In this document: piece after piece, positions 9,716 through 19,655 of the stretch
Layout: the number at the start of each line of letters is the position of its first letter
Numbering within the stretch: the stretch's first letter is position 1
Position numbers and translations under genes: made by a program
NCBI GenBank assembly: GCA_020057185.1
Contig: JAGVGK010000027.1
Coordinates: 1-46,602 of the forward strand
DNA: 46,602 bases
Source of the DNA: Minisyncoccota bacterium
GTDB lineage: Bacteria > Patescibacteriota > Minisyncoccia > Phycocordibacterales > JACOZG01
Direction: 5' to 3'
The notes under the pieces: generated by a model
The model's database searches: none
Seen by the model: only the letters and a program-made list of their open reading frames with translations
What the model was told of the DNA's origin: nothing

Positions 9716-10483
9716 ATGACTGAAACTTTTGCCGTGCGGGTGGGGGAGTTTGAAGGGCCGATGGAGCTTTTGCTTGAGTTGGTCGAGGAGCGCGAGCTTC
9801 AGATCAATCAGGTCTCGCTCGCGACGGTGGCGGATAGTTTTATTGAGCATTTGAAAAAATTACCGTCTACCCGTTCCATCGGCGGGCAAGCCGAAATGAA
9901 TGTGTTGGGAAATTTTGTCGTCATTGCTTCAACTTTAATTCTCATTAAATCGCTTTCGCTTCTCCCAACACTCGCGGTGACCGGCGAAGAGGAGGAACAG
10001 ATTGGTGACTTGGAACGCCGACTCAAACTTTATCAACTGGTCCGCCAAACAATGTCCTTGCTTCAAACAGCCCTCGCGGGGCCGGCAATTTTTTACCGCG
10101 ATTCGCGAAGCCGAATGATCAATCCCGTTTTCTCACCGACCGCGGAGATAACTTTGGCTAATCTTAAATTAGTGATGGAGCGTTTGATTCATGACTTGCC
10201 GAAGGCCGAAACCCTGCCCCAGACCACGGTCAAACGTTTGGTTAGTCTGGAGGCGGTGATTGAAGACATTACTCAGCGCGTCCAAACCGCGCTCTCGATG
10301 AGTTTCAACGATTTCGTCAAAAATAAATCTACTGATTGGCGAAAAGAAAAAATTAATGTCATCGTCAGCTTTCTCGCTCTGCTTGAACTTTTCAAACAAG
10401 GGCTAGTCAATATCACTCAAACGGAACACTTCGCGGATATTAAAATTGAGACCAAAGATTCCAACATCCCGCGCTATGGCTAA
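9716..10483 (+). CDS. scpA: Segregation/condensation protein A
   Basis: FEGPMELLL, IVSFLALLEL. Confidence 0.93.
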   Translation: MTETFAVRVGEFEGPMELLLELVEERELQINQVSLATVADSFIEHLKKLPSTRSIGGQAEMNVLGNFVVIASTLILIKSLSLLPTLAVTGEEEEQIGDLERRLKLYQLVRQTMSLLQTALAGPAIFYRDSRSRMINPVFSPTAEITLANLKLVMERLIHDLPKAETLPQTTVKRLVSLEAVIEDITQRVQTALSMSFNDFVKNKSTDWRKEKINVIVSFLALLELFKQGLVNITQTEHFADIKIETKDSNIPRYG

Positions 10484-10515
10484 TTAGGTCCGTCTCGGGT
10501 TATAATGAACAAACT

Positions 10516-11343
10516 ATGAAAATAGGCATAATTGGTTTTGGCATCGTTGGCGGAAATACGGGCAAGGTGTTGGGGAAAAAACACCAGATTTTTCCCTATG
10601 ACAAATATAAGAAACCGTATGATTCTGGGGCTAAATTAGAGAAATTAGTGGCTCAAGCCGAGCTCGTCTTCATCTGTGTGCCGACGCCGATGAAGCCTAG
10701 CGGGGAGATGGATTATTCGGCGATTCATAATTCCTTAGCGGCACTTTTAACTGAATGTCAAAAACAAGCTCGAGAGCCACAGACCTTGGTGGTCGTGATT
10801 CGCTCCACCGCCGTTTCCGGCACGACGGATTTATTAGCTGAAAAATATCCTTTTCGATTTGCTTTCAATCCGGAATTTCTAACCGAGAAGAACGCCTTGC
10901 GAGATATGCAAAAAACCAATCGAGTGGTTATTGGCGCGAATGATCAAATAAGTCGTCGAAAATTAGAAACAATGTATCGGAAGGTTTTTCCTAAAGCGAA
11001 GTATGTTTTTGTTGACCGAAAAACCGCCGAGATGATTAAGTACGCCGCGAATGTGATGTTGGCGTCGCAAATTTCTCTCGCCAATGAAATTTATAATATT
11101 TGCCAAGCGGTAAAAGTTGATTACGAAACAGTGAAAAATATTATTTTACTCGACGAACGAATTGGTCGAAACATTACGGTTCCGGGTTGGGACGGCGATT
11201 TTGGTTTCGGCAAAAAATGTTTTCCTAAAGATTTGAACGCCCTTATTTATCTCGCTCGCGATAATTATTATCGGCCATATTTGCTGGAAGAAGTTTGGCG
11301 ATTGAATGAGAGAGTTAGGAAAAATAAAGATTGGCTCAAGTAA
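10516..11343 (+). CDS. UDP-glucose/GDP-mannose dehydrogenase family protein, short form
   Basis: GFGIVG, CVPTP, RST, NPEFL, AEMIKY..N, GFGKKCFPKD; no C-terminal UDP-binding domain. Confidence 0.88.
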   Translation: MKIGIIGFGIVGGNTGKVLGKKHQIFPYDKYKKPYDSGAKLEKLVAQAELVFICVPTPMKPSGEMDYSAIHNSLAALLTECQKQAREPQTLVVVIRSTAVSGTTDLLAEKYPFRFAFNPEFLTEKNALRDMQKTNRVVIGANDQISRRKLETMYRKVFPKAKYVFVDRKTAEMIKYAANVMLASQISLANEIYNICQAVKVDYETVKNIILLDERIGRNITVPGWDGDFGFGKKCFPKDLNALIYLARDNYYRPYLLEEVWRLNERVRKNKDWLK

Positions 11344-11344
11344 A

Positions 11345-11878
11345 ATGTTGACTCTCGAAGCCCAAATTGAAGCCGTCCTTTTCTGGAAAGCGGAACCACT
11401 AACGATTTCGGAACTAGCTCAGGCTCTGGTACAGACCGAGGTGGAAATTAACCAAGCACTCGGAACTCTTTCGACCCAGCTTCATGATCGAGGTTTGGCT
11501 TTGGTTCGAACTGGTGATGAAGTAATGTTAGGAACAGCCAAAGAAGCCGGAGAATTGATTGAACATCTAACAAAAGAAGAATTGGCTCGTGAGATTGGGA
11601 AGGCGGGGCTCGAAACTTTAACTGTGATTCTTTATCGCGGTTCAGTCAGTCGGGCCGAGATTGATTATATTCGCGGAGTTAATTCCAGTTTCATTTTGCG
11701 AAATCTTCTAATCCTCGGTTTGGTTGATAAAATTCCGAATCCCGCCGACGCGCGGAGTTTTCTCTATCGACCAACCTTTGAACTTTTTTCTTGGTTGGGA
11801 GTGAAGGAATCTGCGGAATTGCCCGATTATCAGCGTGTGATGGCTGAACTCACTCCGCCAACAGTTGCCACATCATGA
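11345..11878 (+). CDS. scpB: Segregation/condensation protein B
   Basis: IEAVLF, LETLTVILY, EIDYIRGVNS; start set at ATG 11345. Confidence 0.93.
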   Translation: MLTLEAQIEAVLFWKAEPLTISELAQALVQTEVEINQALGTLSTQLHDRGLALVRTGDEVMLGTAKEAGELIEHLTKEELAREIGKAGLETLTVILYRGSVSRAEIDYIRGVNSSFILRNLLILGLVDKIPNPADARSFLYRPTFELFSWLGVKESAELPDYQRVMAELTPPTVATS

Positions 11879-12744
11879 AGCCAATTTCATCAATTCCTCA
11901 ATATCTAATCGCGGGGATCGCTTTGGTCTCAGCTTCGTTTGGTCTCTGGTCAAATTTACCCAACTGGTCAGCGCCCCGCGAAATTTTAGCGCGTCCCGCT
12001 TCGGCAATTGATTATTTCGCCTCGCTTAATCTGGAAGCGAAAGCGGTTTTTGTTTACGAGCCCGATACGGGTCGAGTGCTCTATGCTAAAGAGGCGGGGG
12101 AGCGTCTGCCAATTGCTTCGGTCACCAAACTGATGACGGCTCTAACCGCGTCCGAGCTTTTACCCGATTCGACAATTATTCCGCTCGCGCGCCGTCGTTA
12201 TCATCTCAAGGATTTAGTCGCGCTTACATTAGTTAGCTCGTCTAACCAAGGAGCGATGGCTTTATCCTCGGCGACCGCCGAGGATCTTAACCGTGACTTG
12301 GTTAGTGAAATGAACACGGAAGCCGGCGTTCTCGGCCTCAAACAAACCACTTTTTCTAATCCAACCGGGCTCGATCTGGCTGACGGCCAGGCTGGGTCAT
12401 ACAGCACCGCTTATGATATTGCGCATCTCTTTACTCACATTCTCGCGGTGCGTCCGGAATTACTCGCCGCGACCAGATTTGAAGAGATCGAGACCGCCAC
12501 GGTTGAGGGCGTGCGTCATCGTTTCCAAAACACGAATGAAATTATTGGTGAATTGTCGGGGGTGCTTGGCTCGAAAACCGGTTTTACCGATATTGCCGAG
12601 GGTAGTTTGGTAATTGCTTTCGACCGCGGGTTAAATCAGCCCGTGGTCGTCGTAGTTTTAGGTTCAAGTGAACAGGGTCGTTTTAGCGATGTCAAACAAT
12701 TAGTTGAAGCGACGGTTAAAACTTTCTTACCCACCACGATATGA
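11875..12744 (+). CDS. D-alanyl-D-alanine carboxypeptidase (peptidase S11)
   Basis: SVTK, SSN, NPTGL, KTG motifs. Confidence 0.9.
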   Translation: MKPISSIPQYLIAGIALVSASFGLWSNLPNWSAPREILARPASAIDYFASLNLEAKAVFVYEPDTGRVLYAKEAGERLPIASVTKLMTALTASELLPDSTIIPLARRRYHLKDLVALTLVSSSNQGAMALSSATAEDLNRDLVSEMNTEAGVLGLKQTTFSNPTGLDLADGQAGSYSTAYDIAHLFTHILAVRPELLAATRFEEIETATVEGVRHRFQNTNEIIGELSGVLGSKTGFTDIAEGSLVIAFDRGLNQPVVVVVLGSSEQGRFSDVKQLVEATVKTFLPTTI

Positions 12745-13799
12745 CCCCCAATGTTGTTCTTGATGTCGTTAAAGTTTTCGCGCCGAGCGCGGTGGCTTTT
12801 TTTATTGGAATATCAATTACGCCGATCCTCACTCATTATTTATACAAACATAAGATGTGGAAGAAACAAGCCGGCAAGATCGCGCCAGATGGTCGCCCGA
12901 CGCCCATTTTTAATCAACTACATCGCGAGCGCGAAGTGGGGACACCGCGTCTCGGCGGAATAATTATTTGGGTGAGCGCTGGTTTGACCACCTTAATTTT
13001 TGCCCTGATCGCGACGGTTTATCCGACCTTGTTGGCCGAAAAACTGACCTTCCTTAGTCGCAATCAAACTTGGTTGCCGTTCTTTACTTTAATTGTGGCA
13101 TCGCTAATTGGACTGGTGGATGACTGGTTAGAAATTAGAAGTTCCAAAGGGGGATTATCTTTCCGCCATCGGCTTCTTTTGGTTACCCTGCTTGGGGTTT
13201 TGGGTGCGCTGTGGTTTTATTTTAAACTCGGTCGTTCGTCAATCGATATTCCGTTCAGTGGCGAGCTGGTAATTGACTGGTTGATTATTCCGTTTTTCGT
13301 TTTAGTGATGATTTTTCTTTTTACCAGCAGTGTGATTGATGGTCTTGACGGTTTGGCCGGCGGAGTGATGGCGATTATTTTCGGCGCTTACGCGGGCATT
13401 GCTTTCTTCCAGAATCAGATTGATTTAGCCGCCTTTTGCGCCGTCGTGGCGGGGGCAATTCTCGCTTTCTTATGGTTCAATATCCCGCCGGCGCGCTTCT
13501 ATATGTCGGAAACAGGAATTCTCGGATTAACTACGATGCTGACGATCGTTGTTTTTCTTACCGAGTCGGTGGTGACGCTACCGATTATCGCCTTTCCACT
13601 TTTCGCGACCGTGTTGGTCAATGTGATTCAATTAGGATCGAAAAAATTCCGTCACGGCAAAAAAGTTTTTCTCGTTGCGCCGTTGCATCACCATTTCGAA
13701 GCGTTGGGTTGGTCGCCGGCAAAAGTCGTGATGCGTTATTGGATTATCGGTGTGATTATGGCGGTGATTGGAATGATTATTACCTTAGTCGGTCGCTAA
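12741..13799 (+). CDS. mraY: Phospho-N-acetylmuramoyl-pentapeptide transferase
   Basis: GTPRLGG, DD, DGLDGL, APLHHHFE. Confidence 0.95.
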   Translation: MTPNVVLDVVKVFAPSAVAFFIGISITPILTHYLYKHKMWKKQAGKIAPDGRPTPIFNQLHREREVGTPRLGGIIIWVSAGLTTLIFALIATVYPTLLAEKLTFLSRNQTWLPFFTLIVASLIGLVDDWLEIRSSKGGLSFRHRLLLVTLLGVLGALWFYFKLGRSSIDIPFSGELVIDWLIIPFFVLVMIFLFTSSVIDGLDGLAGGVMAIIFGAYAGIAFFQNQIDLAAFCAVVAGAILAFLWFNIPPARFYMSETGILGLTTMLTIVVFLTESVVTLPIIAFPLFATVLVNVIQLGSKKFRHGKKVFLVAPLHHHFEALGWSPAKVVMRYWIIGVIMAVIGMIITLVGR

Positions 13800-13800
13800 A

Positions 13801-14901
13801 ATGATTTCTTTAGCTCGCAAACAAAGTCGCCACTTCTTCTTCTTTATTGTGGCGCTGACTTTAGCAGGCTTCTTGATTTTTTCTTCCGCCGCGCTCGGTC
13901 TCTTGAGCGGTGATGGGGCCAATTATACTCGAATCGTTTGGAATCAATTCTCGGTTTTGATTCTTGGTTTAGTGGGTTTTATTTTGCTCGGCCGATTCCC
14001 ATATCATTGTTGGAATAAAATCGCTATTTGGTTATTGCTAGTTTCTTTTGGCCTGACTTTGTTGGTTTTTATTCCAAATTTGGGAATTAAAGCTGGCGGC
14101 GCTTACCGTTGGTTAGAGATTGGCTCAAGAACTTTCCAGCCGTCGGAATTATTAAAGTTTGCTTTTGTTATCTATCTAGCCGCTTGGCTAGCGAAAATTC
14201 GCGAGCGAGTGACTACTTGGCAGTCGGGATTTTTGCCTTTTTTACTTTTAGTTGGTTTAGCCGGAGCAATACTTATTGCTCAACCAGATATTGGAACTTT
14301 CGTGGTTCTTTTCAGTTCGGCGTTGGCAATGTTTTTTGTCGCGGGCGCGAGATGGCGACAACTAGGTGCGATCCTTCTTATCGCCGGCGTTAGTCTCACG
14401 GTGATTATTTCGATTAATCCTTACGCCCGAGAACGAATTTTTACCTTTTTGAATCCCGAGGCGAAGAAAGATTCTTCCGCTTGGCAAATAAATAAATCTT
14501 TACTCGCGATTGGGTCCGGTCAACTGACCGGTCGGGGCTTCGGTCAAAGTCTCCAGAAATTTAATTCTCTGCCTGAACCGATTGGGGATTCTATTTTTGC
14601 CGTCACCGCCGAGGAATTTGGTTTGCTCGGTAGCGTGATTTTAGTTTTCTCTTTCGCTTGGTTTGTTTTTTGGGGGTTGAGAATTGCTTCGCGCGCGCCT
14701 GATCGTTTCGGGCAATTGTTGGCGGTCGGCTTAACCGTTTTATTAGCCACCGGCGCGTTCATTAATATGGCCTCGATGCTCGGTCTCTTACCTTTAACTG
14801 GCATCCCGCTTCTTTTCGTTAGCCACGGCGGAAGCGCGCTCCTGTTTTCTCTCCTCGGCTGTGGTATCATAATGAACATTGCTCGATCATCTCGGCACTA
14901 A
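13801..14901 (+). CDS. ftsW: SEDS peptidoglycan polymerase FtsW
   Basis: FQPSELLK, QPDIG, LPEPIGD, LTGIPL..SHGGS; lies between mraY and murG. Confidence 0.92.
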   Translation: MISLARKQSRHFFFFIVALTLAGFLIFSSAALGLLSGDGANYTRIVWNQFSVLILGLVGFILLGRFPYHCWNKIAIWLLLVSFGLTLLVFIPNLGIKAGGAYRWLEIGSRTFQPSELLKFAFVIYLAAWLAKIRERVTTWQSGFLPFLLLVGLAGAILIAQPDIGTFVVLFSSALAMFFVAGARWRQLGAILLIAGVSLTVIISINPYARERIFTFLNPEAKKDSSAWQINKSLLAIGSGQLTGRGFGQSLQKFNSLPEPIGDSIFAVTAEEFGLLGSVILVFSFAWFVFWGLRIASRAPDRFGQLLAVGLTVLLATGAFINMASMLGLLPLTGIPLLFVSHGGSALLFSLLGCGIIMNIARSSRH

Positions 14902-14915
14902 TTAATTATTTTTTT

Positions 14916-16052
14916 ATGAAAATTGTTTTTACGGGCGGGGGGACAGCGGGACACTTCTATCCGATTATCGCGGTGGTGGAGGCGCTCGCCGTGGAGGCGC
15001 GCGAGCGCAAGCTGATTAATCTCAAATATTATTTCCTGTCCGATAATCCCTACGACGAACGGGCATTATTTGAGAATCAGATTGAGTTTCGGCGCGTGCG
15101 CGCCGGTCGTCTCCGACGCTATTTCTCGCTTCGAATTATCCCCGATTTCATTCAAGCCGGTCTCGGCATTATTGAAGCGATTTTCAAACTCTACTCGATC
15201 TATCCCGATCTAGTTTTTTGCAAGGGCGGTTACGCCAGTTTTCCGGTCGTTTTTGCCGCCCGCTTATTACGAATTCCAATTTTCGTTCACGAATCAGATT
15301 CTCGCCCCGGACGAGTTAATCATTTCGCCGCGCGGAGCGCAGTGCGGATTGCCCTCGCTTATTCGGAGGCGGCCACTTTTTTCCCGGCCGAAAAACAAAA
15401 CCGGATTGCGGTGACGGGCAATCCAATTCGTCAGGATTTACTTTATCCGCTCGCGCAAGGCGCTCGCGAGTTCTTGGATCTCGAACCGGAATTGCCAATC
15501 GTTTATGTCACCGGCGGTTCGCAAGGCGCATCTGCCATCAATGAAACTTTGCTCGACATTTTACCCGCTCTGTTGGAGAAATGCCAAATCGTGCATCAGG
15601 TGGGTCAAAATAATTTAAAAGATGTCACTCAACGCGCGTCGGTGGTTTTGGAAAAATCTCCTTGGCGCGCGCGTTACAAACTCTTAGGTTTCCTCAACAG
15701 TTCAGCCATTCGCATGGTCGCGGGCGCGGCAACGATCGTCGTGTCACGCGCTGGCTCGTCCATTTTCGAATTTGCCCAATGGGGCTTACCGGCAATTCTG
15801 ATTCCGATTCCCGAATCAATCAGCCACGATCAACGCACTAACGCTTTCACTTACGCGCGGACCGGTGGGGCGATTGTCATCGAGCAGGGGAATCTGACAC
15901 CTTCTGTTCTGCAATCCGAAATTCTCCGTTTAATTGGTAACCCCGAATTACTCGCTAAAATGCGCGCCGGCGCCAAAACTTTTGCCCGTCCCGACGCCGC
16001 CCGCGTCATCGCCGAAGAATTACTCACCCTCATCCTCCAACACGAGAAATAA
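14916..16052 (+). CDS. murG: Lipid II GlcNAc transferase
   Basis: GGGTAGHFYP, GGY, HES, GGSQG, SRAG. Confidence 0.96.
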   Translation: MKIVFTGGGTAGHFYPIIAVVEALAVEARERKLINLKYYFLSDNPYDERALFENQIEFRRVRAGRLRRYFSLRIIPDFIQAGLGIIEAIFKLYSIYPDLVFCKGGYASFPVVFAARLLRIPIFVHESDSRPGRVNHFAARSAVRIALAYSEAATFFPAEKQNRIAVTGNPIRQDLLYPLAQGAREFLDLEPELPIVYVTGGSQGASAINETLLDILPALLEKCQIVHQVGQNNLKDVTQRASVVLEKSPWRARYKLLGFLNSSAIRMVAGAATIVVSRAGSSIFEFAQWGLPAILIPIPESISHDQRTNAFTYARTGGAIVIEQGNLTPSVLQSEILRLIGNPELLAKMRAGAKTFARPDAARVIAEELLTLILQHEK

Positions 16053-16320
16053 AAAACCTCGTACAACCCTATTGTGGTTGGACGAGGTTCCCCTGTGTTT
16101 CCCTTCTCGGGCTGAGTCACCCCTAGAGTTCCCCGAGGATCGAGATCTCCAAGAGTCCTGACTTCCCTGACGCGTTACCTAAAATCTGAAATCAGGTCTA
16201 GACTTTGGTAACATGGCTCTTGCTTGTCCGTATTTTACGGAGGGGAGAGCGAGCATCGTGTGGATGATAAGCTATCTTTGCACCCCAATTGAAGACGACT
16301 CTGTAAACTCCACACTAGCT
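16051..16320 (-). ncRNA. Candidate structured ncRNA (~270 nt)
   Basis: Minus-strand TTGACA(16354-16349)-16-TATGAT, several helices, terminator at 16051-16089, no credible ORF. Confidence 0.5.
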
Positions 16321-16395
16321 TCCTACATCATACACGAATCAGTTTTCCTGTCAAGTGTTTGGAAAAAGCGCTTGGGTTGCTACAATAGGAGCATT

Positions 16396-17685
16396 ATGTC
16401 AGCGATTGTCAGATTTGCGCCGAGTCCGACGGGGACGCTTCATGTTGGTGGTGCTAGAACCGCGCTGTTTAATTATCTTTTCGCCAAACAAACTGGCGGG
16501 CAGATTTTTTTGCGGATTGAAGACACCGATCGCGAACGGTCGAAGCCGGAATTTGAGCAAAATATTCTGGAGAGTTTAGACTGGCTCGGTTTTAAGTTTG
16601 ATAACTCTCAACCAATTCGCCAATCTGAACGGACGGCGATCTATCGCGAAGCTTTGGAGAAATTAATTTCGAATGACACAGCTTATATTTCTAAAGAAGA
16701 AATTAGTGATGATAAGAAGAGGGGAGAGGTGATTCGCTTACGCAACTCTGGTCAGAAAATTACTTTTACTGATCTGATTCGGGGTGAGATTAGTTTCGAT
16801 ACCACCGAACTCGGGGATTTTGTCATTGCTAAAAGTCTTGATGAACCACTTTATCACTTCGCCGTGGTCGTGGATGATTGGGAAATGAAAGTCTCGCATA
16901 TTATTCGTGGAGAAGATCACATCTCGAATACGCCGCGGCAAATTTTGATTCAAGAAGCGCTCAGGGCATCGCGCCCCGTTTACGCTCACATCCCCCTTAT
17001 TTTGGCCCCGGATCGATCTAAATTATCGAAACGGTCTGGTAGCGCGGTGTCGGTGACGGAATATCGCGAACAAGGATTTTTGCCCGGCGCGCTTCTCAAT
17101 TATCTCGCTTTGCTCGGTTGGAATCCGGGCACGGACCAAGAAATATTTTCGTTGGACGAATTAATTAAACAATTTTCACTGACTAAAATTCAAAAAGGTG
17201 GTGCGATTTTTAATCTGGAGAAGCTCAAGTGGTTGAATCGTGAACATCTAAAACTAGCCGGGGATTCGATTTGGGAAAATATCTTTACAGTCGATTGGCC
17301 GTCTGATTTGCGCGCTCGAGTGATTCCGATTATTCGTGAACGAGTGGCAACTCTGGCGGAAGGGGAATCTTTAATTGCGAGCGGGGAGTATGATTATTTT
17401 CGGACTGCGCCGACGATCAATCGAACTCTTTTGAAAACTCCCGAGACGTTAGCGAAAACAATAATCTTGCTGGACGCTCTTGCCGAAACTGATTTTACCG
17501 CCCCGCAAATCAAAACCGTGCTTTGGCCGTACGCAGAAGAAGCCGGTCGGGGCGCCGTGCTCTGGCCCTTGCGGATGGCGTTGACTGGCAAAGACCGTTC
17601 ACCCGACCCCTTCACCGTGGCCAGCATTTTAGGCAAAAAAGAAACCTTGTCGCGCTTGCGCCAAATCACTAACAATGTGGAGTAG
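16396..17685 (+). CDS. gltX: Glutamate--tRNA ligase
   Basis: RFAPSPTG.LHVG, LRIEDTD, IRGEDH, KLSKR; start set at ATG 16396. Confidence 0.96.
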   Translation: MSAIVRFAPSPTGTLHVGGARTALFNYLFAKQTGGQIFLRIEDTDRERSKPEFEQNILESLDWLGFKFDNSQPIRQSERTAIYREALEKLISNDTAYISKEEISDDKKRGEVIRLRNSGQKITFTDLIRGEISFDTTELGDFVIAKSLDEPLYHFAVVVDDWEMKVSHIIRGEDHISNTPRQILIQEALRASRPVYAHIPLILAPDRSKLSKRSGSAVSVTEYREQGFLPGALLNYLALLGWNPGTDQEIFSLDELIKQFSLTKIQKGGAIFNLEKLKWLNREHLKLAGDSIWENIFTVDWPSDLRARVIPIIRERVATLAEGESLIASGEYDYFRTAPTINRTLLKTPETLAKTIILLDALAETDFTAPQIKTVLWPYAEEAGRGAVLWPLRMALTGKDRSPDPFTVASILGKKETLSRLRQITNNVE

Positions 17686-18949
17686 GGGAGTCAAAATTAT
17701 TTTTGGTGTCGCTTTCTTTGGGTGGCTAATAATTCAGACCTCATCGGTAAACAGCGCCACCGTAGATGAATTACGCTCGCAAATTGACGGGCATACTAAT
17801 GAAATAAAAAAACTGGAAATCGAGATCACCGGCTATCAGCGTGATTTATCGGCGACGGCTAAAACGGCATCTGGACTTCAAGGAGAAATTAATCGGCTGG
17901 AATTAACGCGTAAAAAGTTGGCGGCTGATATTAAAGTCACCGAGAATAAAATTGACCGGACAGATTTAGAAATTAAAAAAATCACCCTAGAGATCGGTCG
18001 GAAAAATCAAACTGTAGATGATCGCCGGTCGGCACTGGCGGAGAGCTTGCGCGAGTGGCGCGATCGAGATAATGAATCGTTATTTGAGATAATGCTCACT
18101 TATAACCAATTGGCCGATTTCTGGAACGAACTCGACCAGTTGTCGGCCCTGCAACGGCAGGTGCAGGGCAACATCGTCGTTCTCCGTTCTTTGCGGGCGG
18201 AACTAGAGGTGTCGAAATCGGCGACGGAAAAGGAACGCGCCGAGCTGTCGCGTTTACGACTTCGTTTGGCAGATCAAAAAATGTTGGCGGAAGAAAATAA
18301 AGCCGAAAAAGATCGTTTGCTTAAATTAACAAAAAATAAAGAAGCCAATTACCGAACCTTACTCGCAACGACGCAAGCCAAGAAGGATGCCTTCGAACGA
18401 GAGTTGTTTAATTTCGAATCTCAATTAAAAGTTATTATTGATCCAAAAAGTATTCCGTCGGCCGGGAAAGGAATTCTGGCTTGGCCATTGGATGATATTT
18501 TTATCACGCAACGATTTGGTAAGACGGTAGATGCGAAGCGTCTCTATGTTTCGGGAACACATAATGGGGTTGACTTCCGGGCGGCGATGGGGACGCCAGT
18601 CAAGGCTGTGCTCGCTGGTGTCATCACCGGAGTTGGGGATACTGATCGAGCTTGTCCCGGCACTTCCTATGGCAAATGGGTGTTGATTAAACATGCCAAC
18701 GGTTTGAGCACGGTCTATGGTCATCTCTCACTGACCAAGGTGGTAGCTGGCGAAACCGTGACCACCGGTCAGATAATTGCTTACAGCGGGAGCTCGGGTT
18801 ATTCAACTGGTCCGCATTTGCATTTAGGTGTTCTAGCGACCCAAGGGGTCAAAGTGGGGGAGTATGCTTCCAAATCTTGCGCGGGGGCAATCTTGACCAT
18901 GCCCTTGATTAGTGTGGAAGCTTATCTTGATCCGTTGGTCTATTTATGA
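17675..18949 (+). CDS. Coiled-coil plus M23 peptidoglycan endopeptidase (EnvC/PcsB-like architecture)
   Basis: Signal/TM, long coiled coil, HNGVD, YGHL, STGPHLH. Confidence 0.9.
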   Translation: MWSRGVKIIFGVAFFGWLIIQTSSVNSATVDELRSQIDGHTNEIKKLEIEITGYQRDLSATAKTASGLQGEINRLELTRKKLAADIKVTENKIDRTDLEIKKITLEIGRKNQTVDDRRSALAESLREWRDRDNESLFEIMLTYNQLADFWNELDQLSALQRQVQGNIVVLRSLRAELEVSKSATEKERAELSRLRLRLADQKMLAEENKAEKDRLLKLTKNKEANYRTLLATTQAKKDAFERELFNFESQLKVIIDPKSIPSAGKGILAWPLDDIFITQRFGKTVDAKRLYVSGTHNGVDFRAAMGTPVKAVLAGVITGVGDTDRACPGTSYGKWVLIKHANGLSTVYGHLSLTKVVAGETVTTGQIIAYSGSSGYSTGPHLHLGVLATQGVKVGEYASKSCAGAILTMPLISVEAYLDPLVYL

Positions 18950-18961
18950 TATTTTTATTAA

Positions 18962-19069
18962 ATGTTTAAATTTATTCTCATGGTGGTGGTCATTGTGGCG
19001 GTGCTAATCTACTTTGATGTAGACTTGCGACCTATTCTTGACAAAATCACCTCAATGTTTCAAAACTAG
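18962..19069 (+). CDS. Small single-TM protein (35 aa), absent from the ORF track
   Basis: MFKFILMVVVIVAVLIYFDVDLRPILDKITSMFQN; fills the gap after the M23 gene. Confidence 0.55.
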   Translation: MFKFILMVVVIVAVLIYFDVDLRPILDKITSMFQN

Positions 19070-19164
19070 ACAGGGGAGGCAAAGTATGCTAGCCTAGGGA
19101 TGGTCTTACATTATAAAGCTATTTTCAATAAGTTAGGCAACGATGCCTAACTTATTTTACTTCT

Positions 19165-19605
19165 ATGATTACCTTTAACAGCATCGGCTTAGCCGGTCTA
19201 ACGGCGTTGGCCCAATTTACTTCTTTAGCCACTGGCACGACTTCAACTCTCCCGCCGGAGAGTATTCCTAGTGAGACAGTGACGGCGGAAGTTCGAGAGT
19301 ACACGGTTCCCGAGCTGATTCAGGGGTTAAGCTCCCACTATGGTGTGGATGGCGCGTTAGCGCTTGAAATTGCCCGTTGCGAGAGTCGTCTCCAGCAATT
19401 CCGTGAAGACGGGTCTTTGGTGCGTGGTCGGAAGAATCCTGCTGATGTGGGTGTTTTCCAAATTAACGAAAAATATCATCTAGCGCGAAGCCGGGCCGAG
19501 GGATTCGATATTTATACGACTGCGGGCAATATTGGCTACGCGATGTGGCTAATGAAGCACGACGGCGATCGGCATTGGCATTGGAGTGAGAAGTGTTGGG
19601 GGTAG
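19165..19605 (+). CDS. Secreted lytic transglycosylase-like (SLT/lysozyme fold) protein
   Basis: IARCES (catalytic Glu), GVFQIN, NI..A, W..S..CW. Confidence 0.8.
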   Translation: MITFNSIGLAGLTALAQFTSLATGTTSTLPPESIPSETVTAEVREYTVPELIQGLSSHYGVDGALALEIARCESRLQQFREDGSLVRGRKNPADVGVFQINEKYHLARSRAEGFDIYTTAGNIGYAMWLMKHDGDRHWHWSEKCWG

Positions 19606-19655
19606 TTAGCTTCGGGTTGGGTCGGGAAAGATATATTATGCGACCCACTACATAT

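Noticed and set aside
16213..16395. N-terminal extension of GltX in the ORF track (likewise DnaB 26810, CtpA 24111, MraZ 43797, ScpB 11306)
   Set aside because: Family homology begins at later ATGs, and the extensions run over promoters, terminators or neighbouring genes
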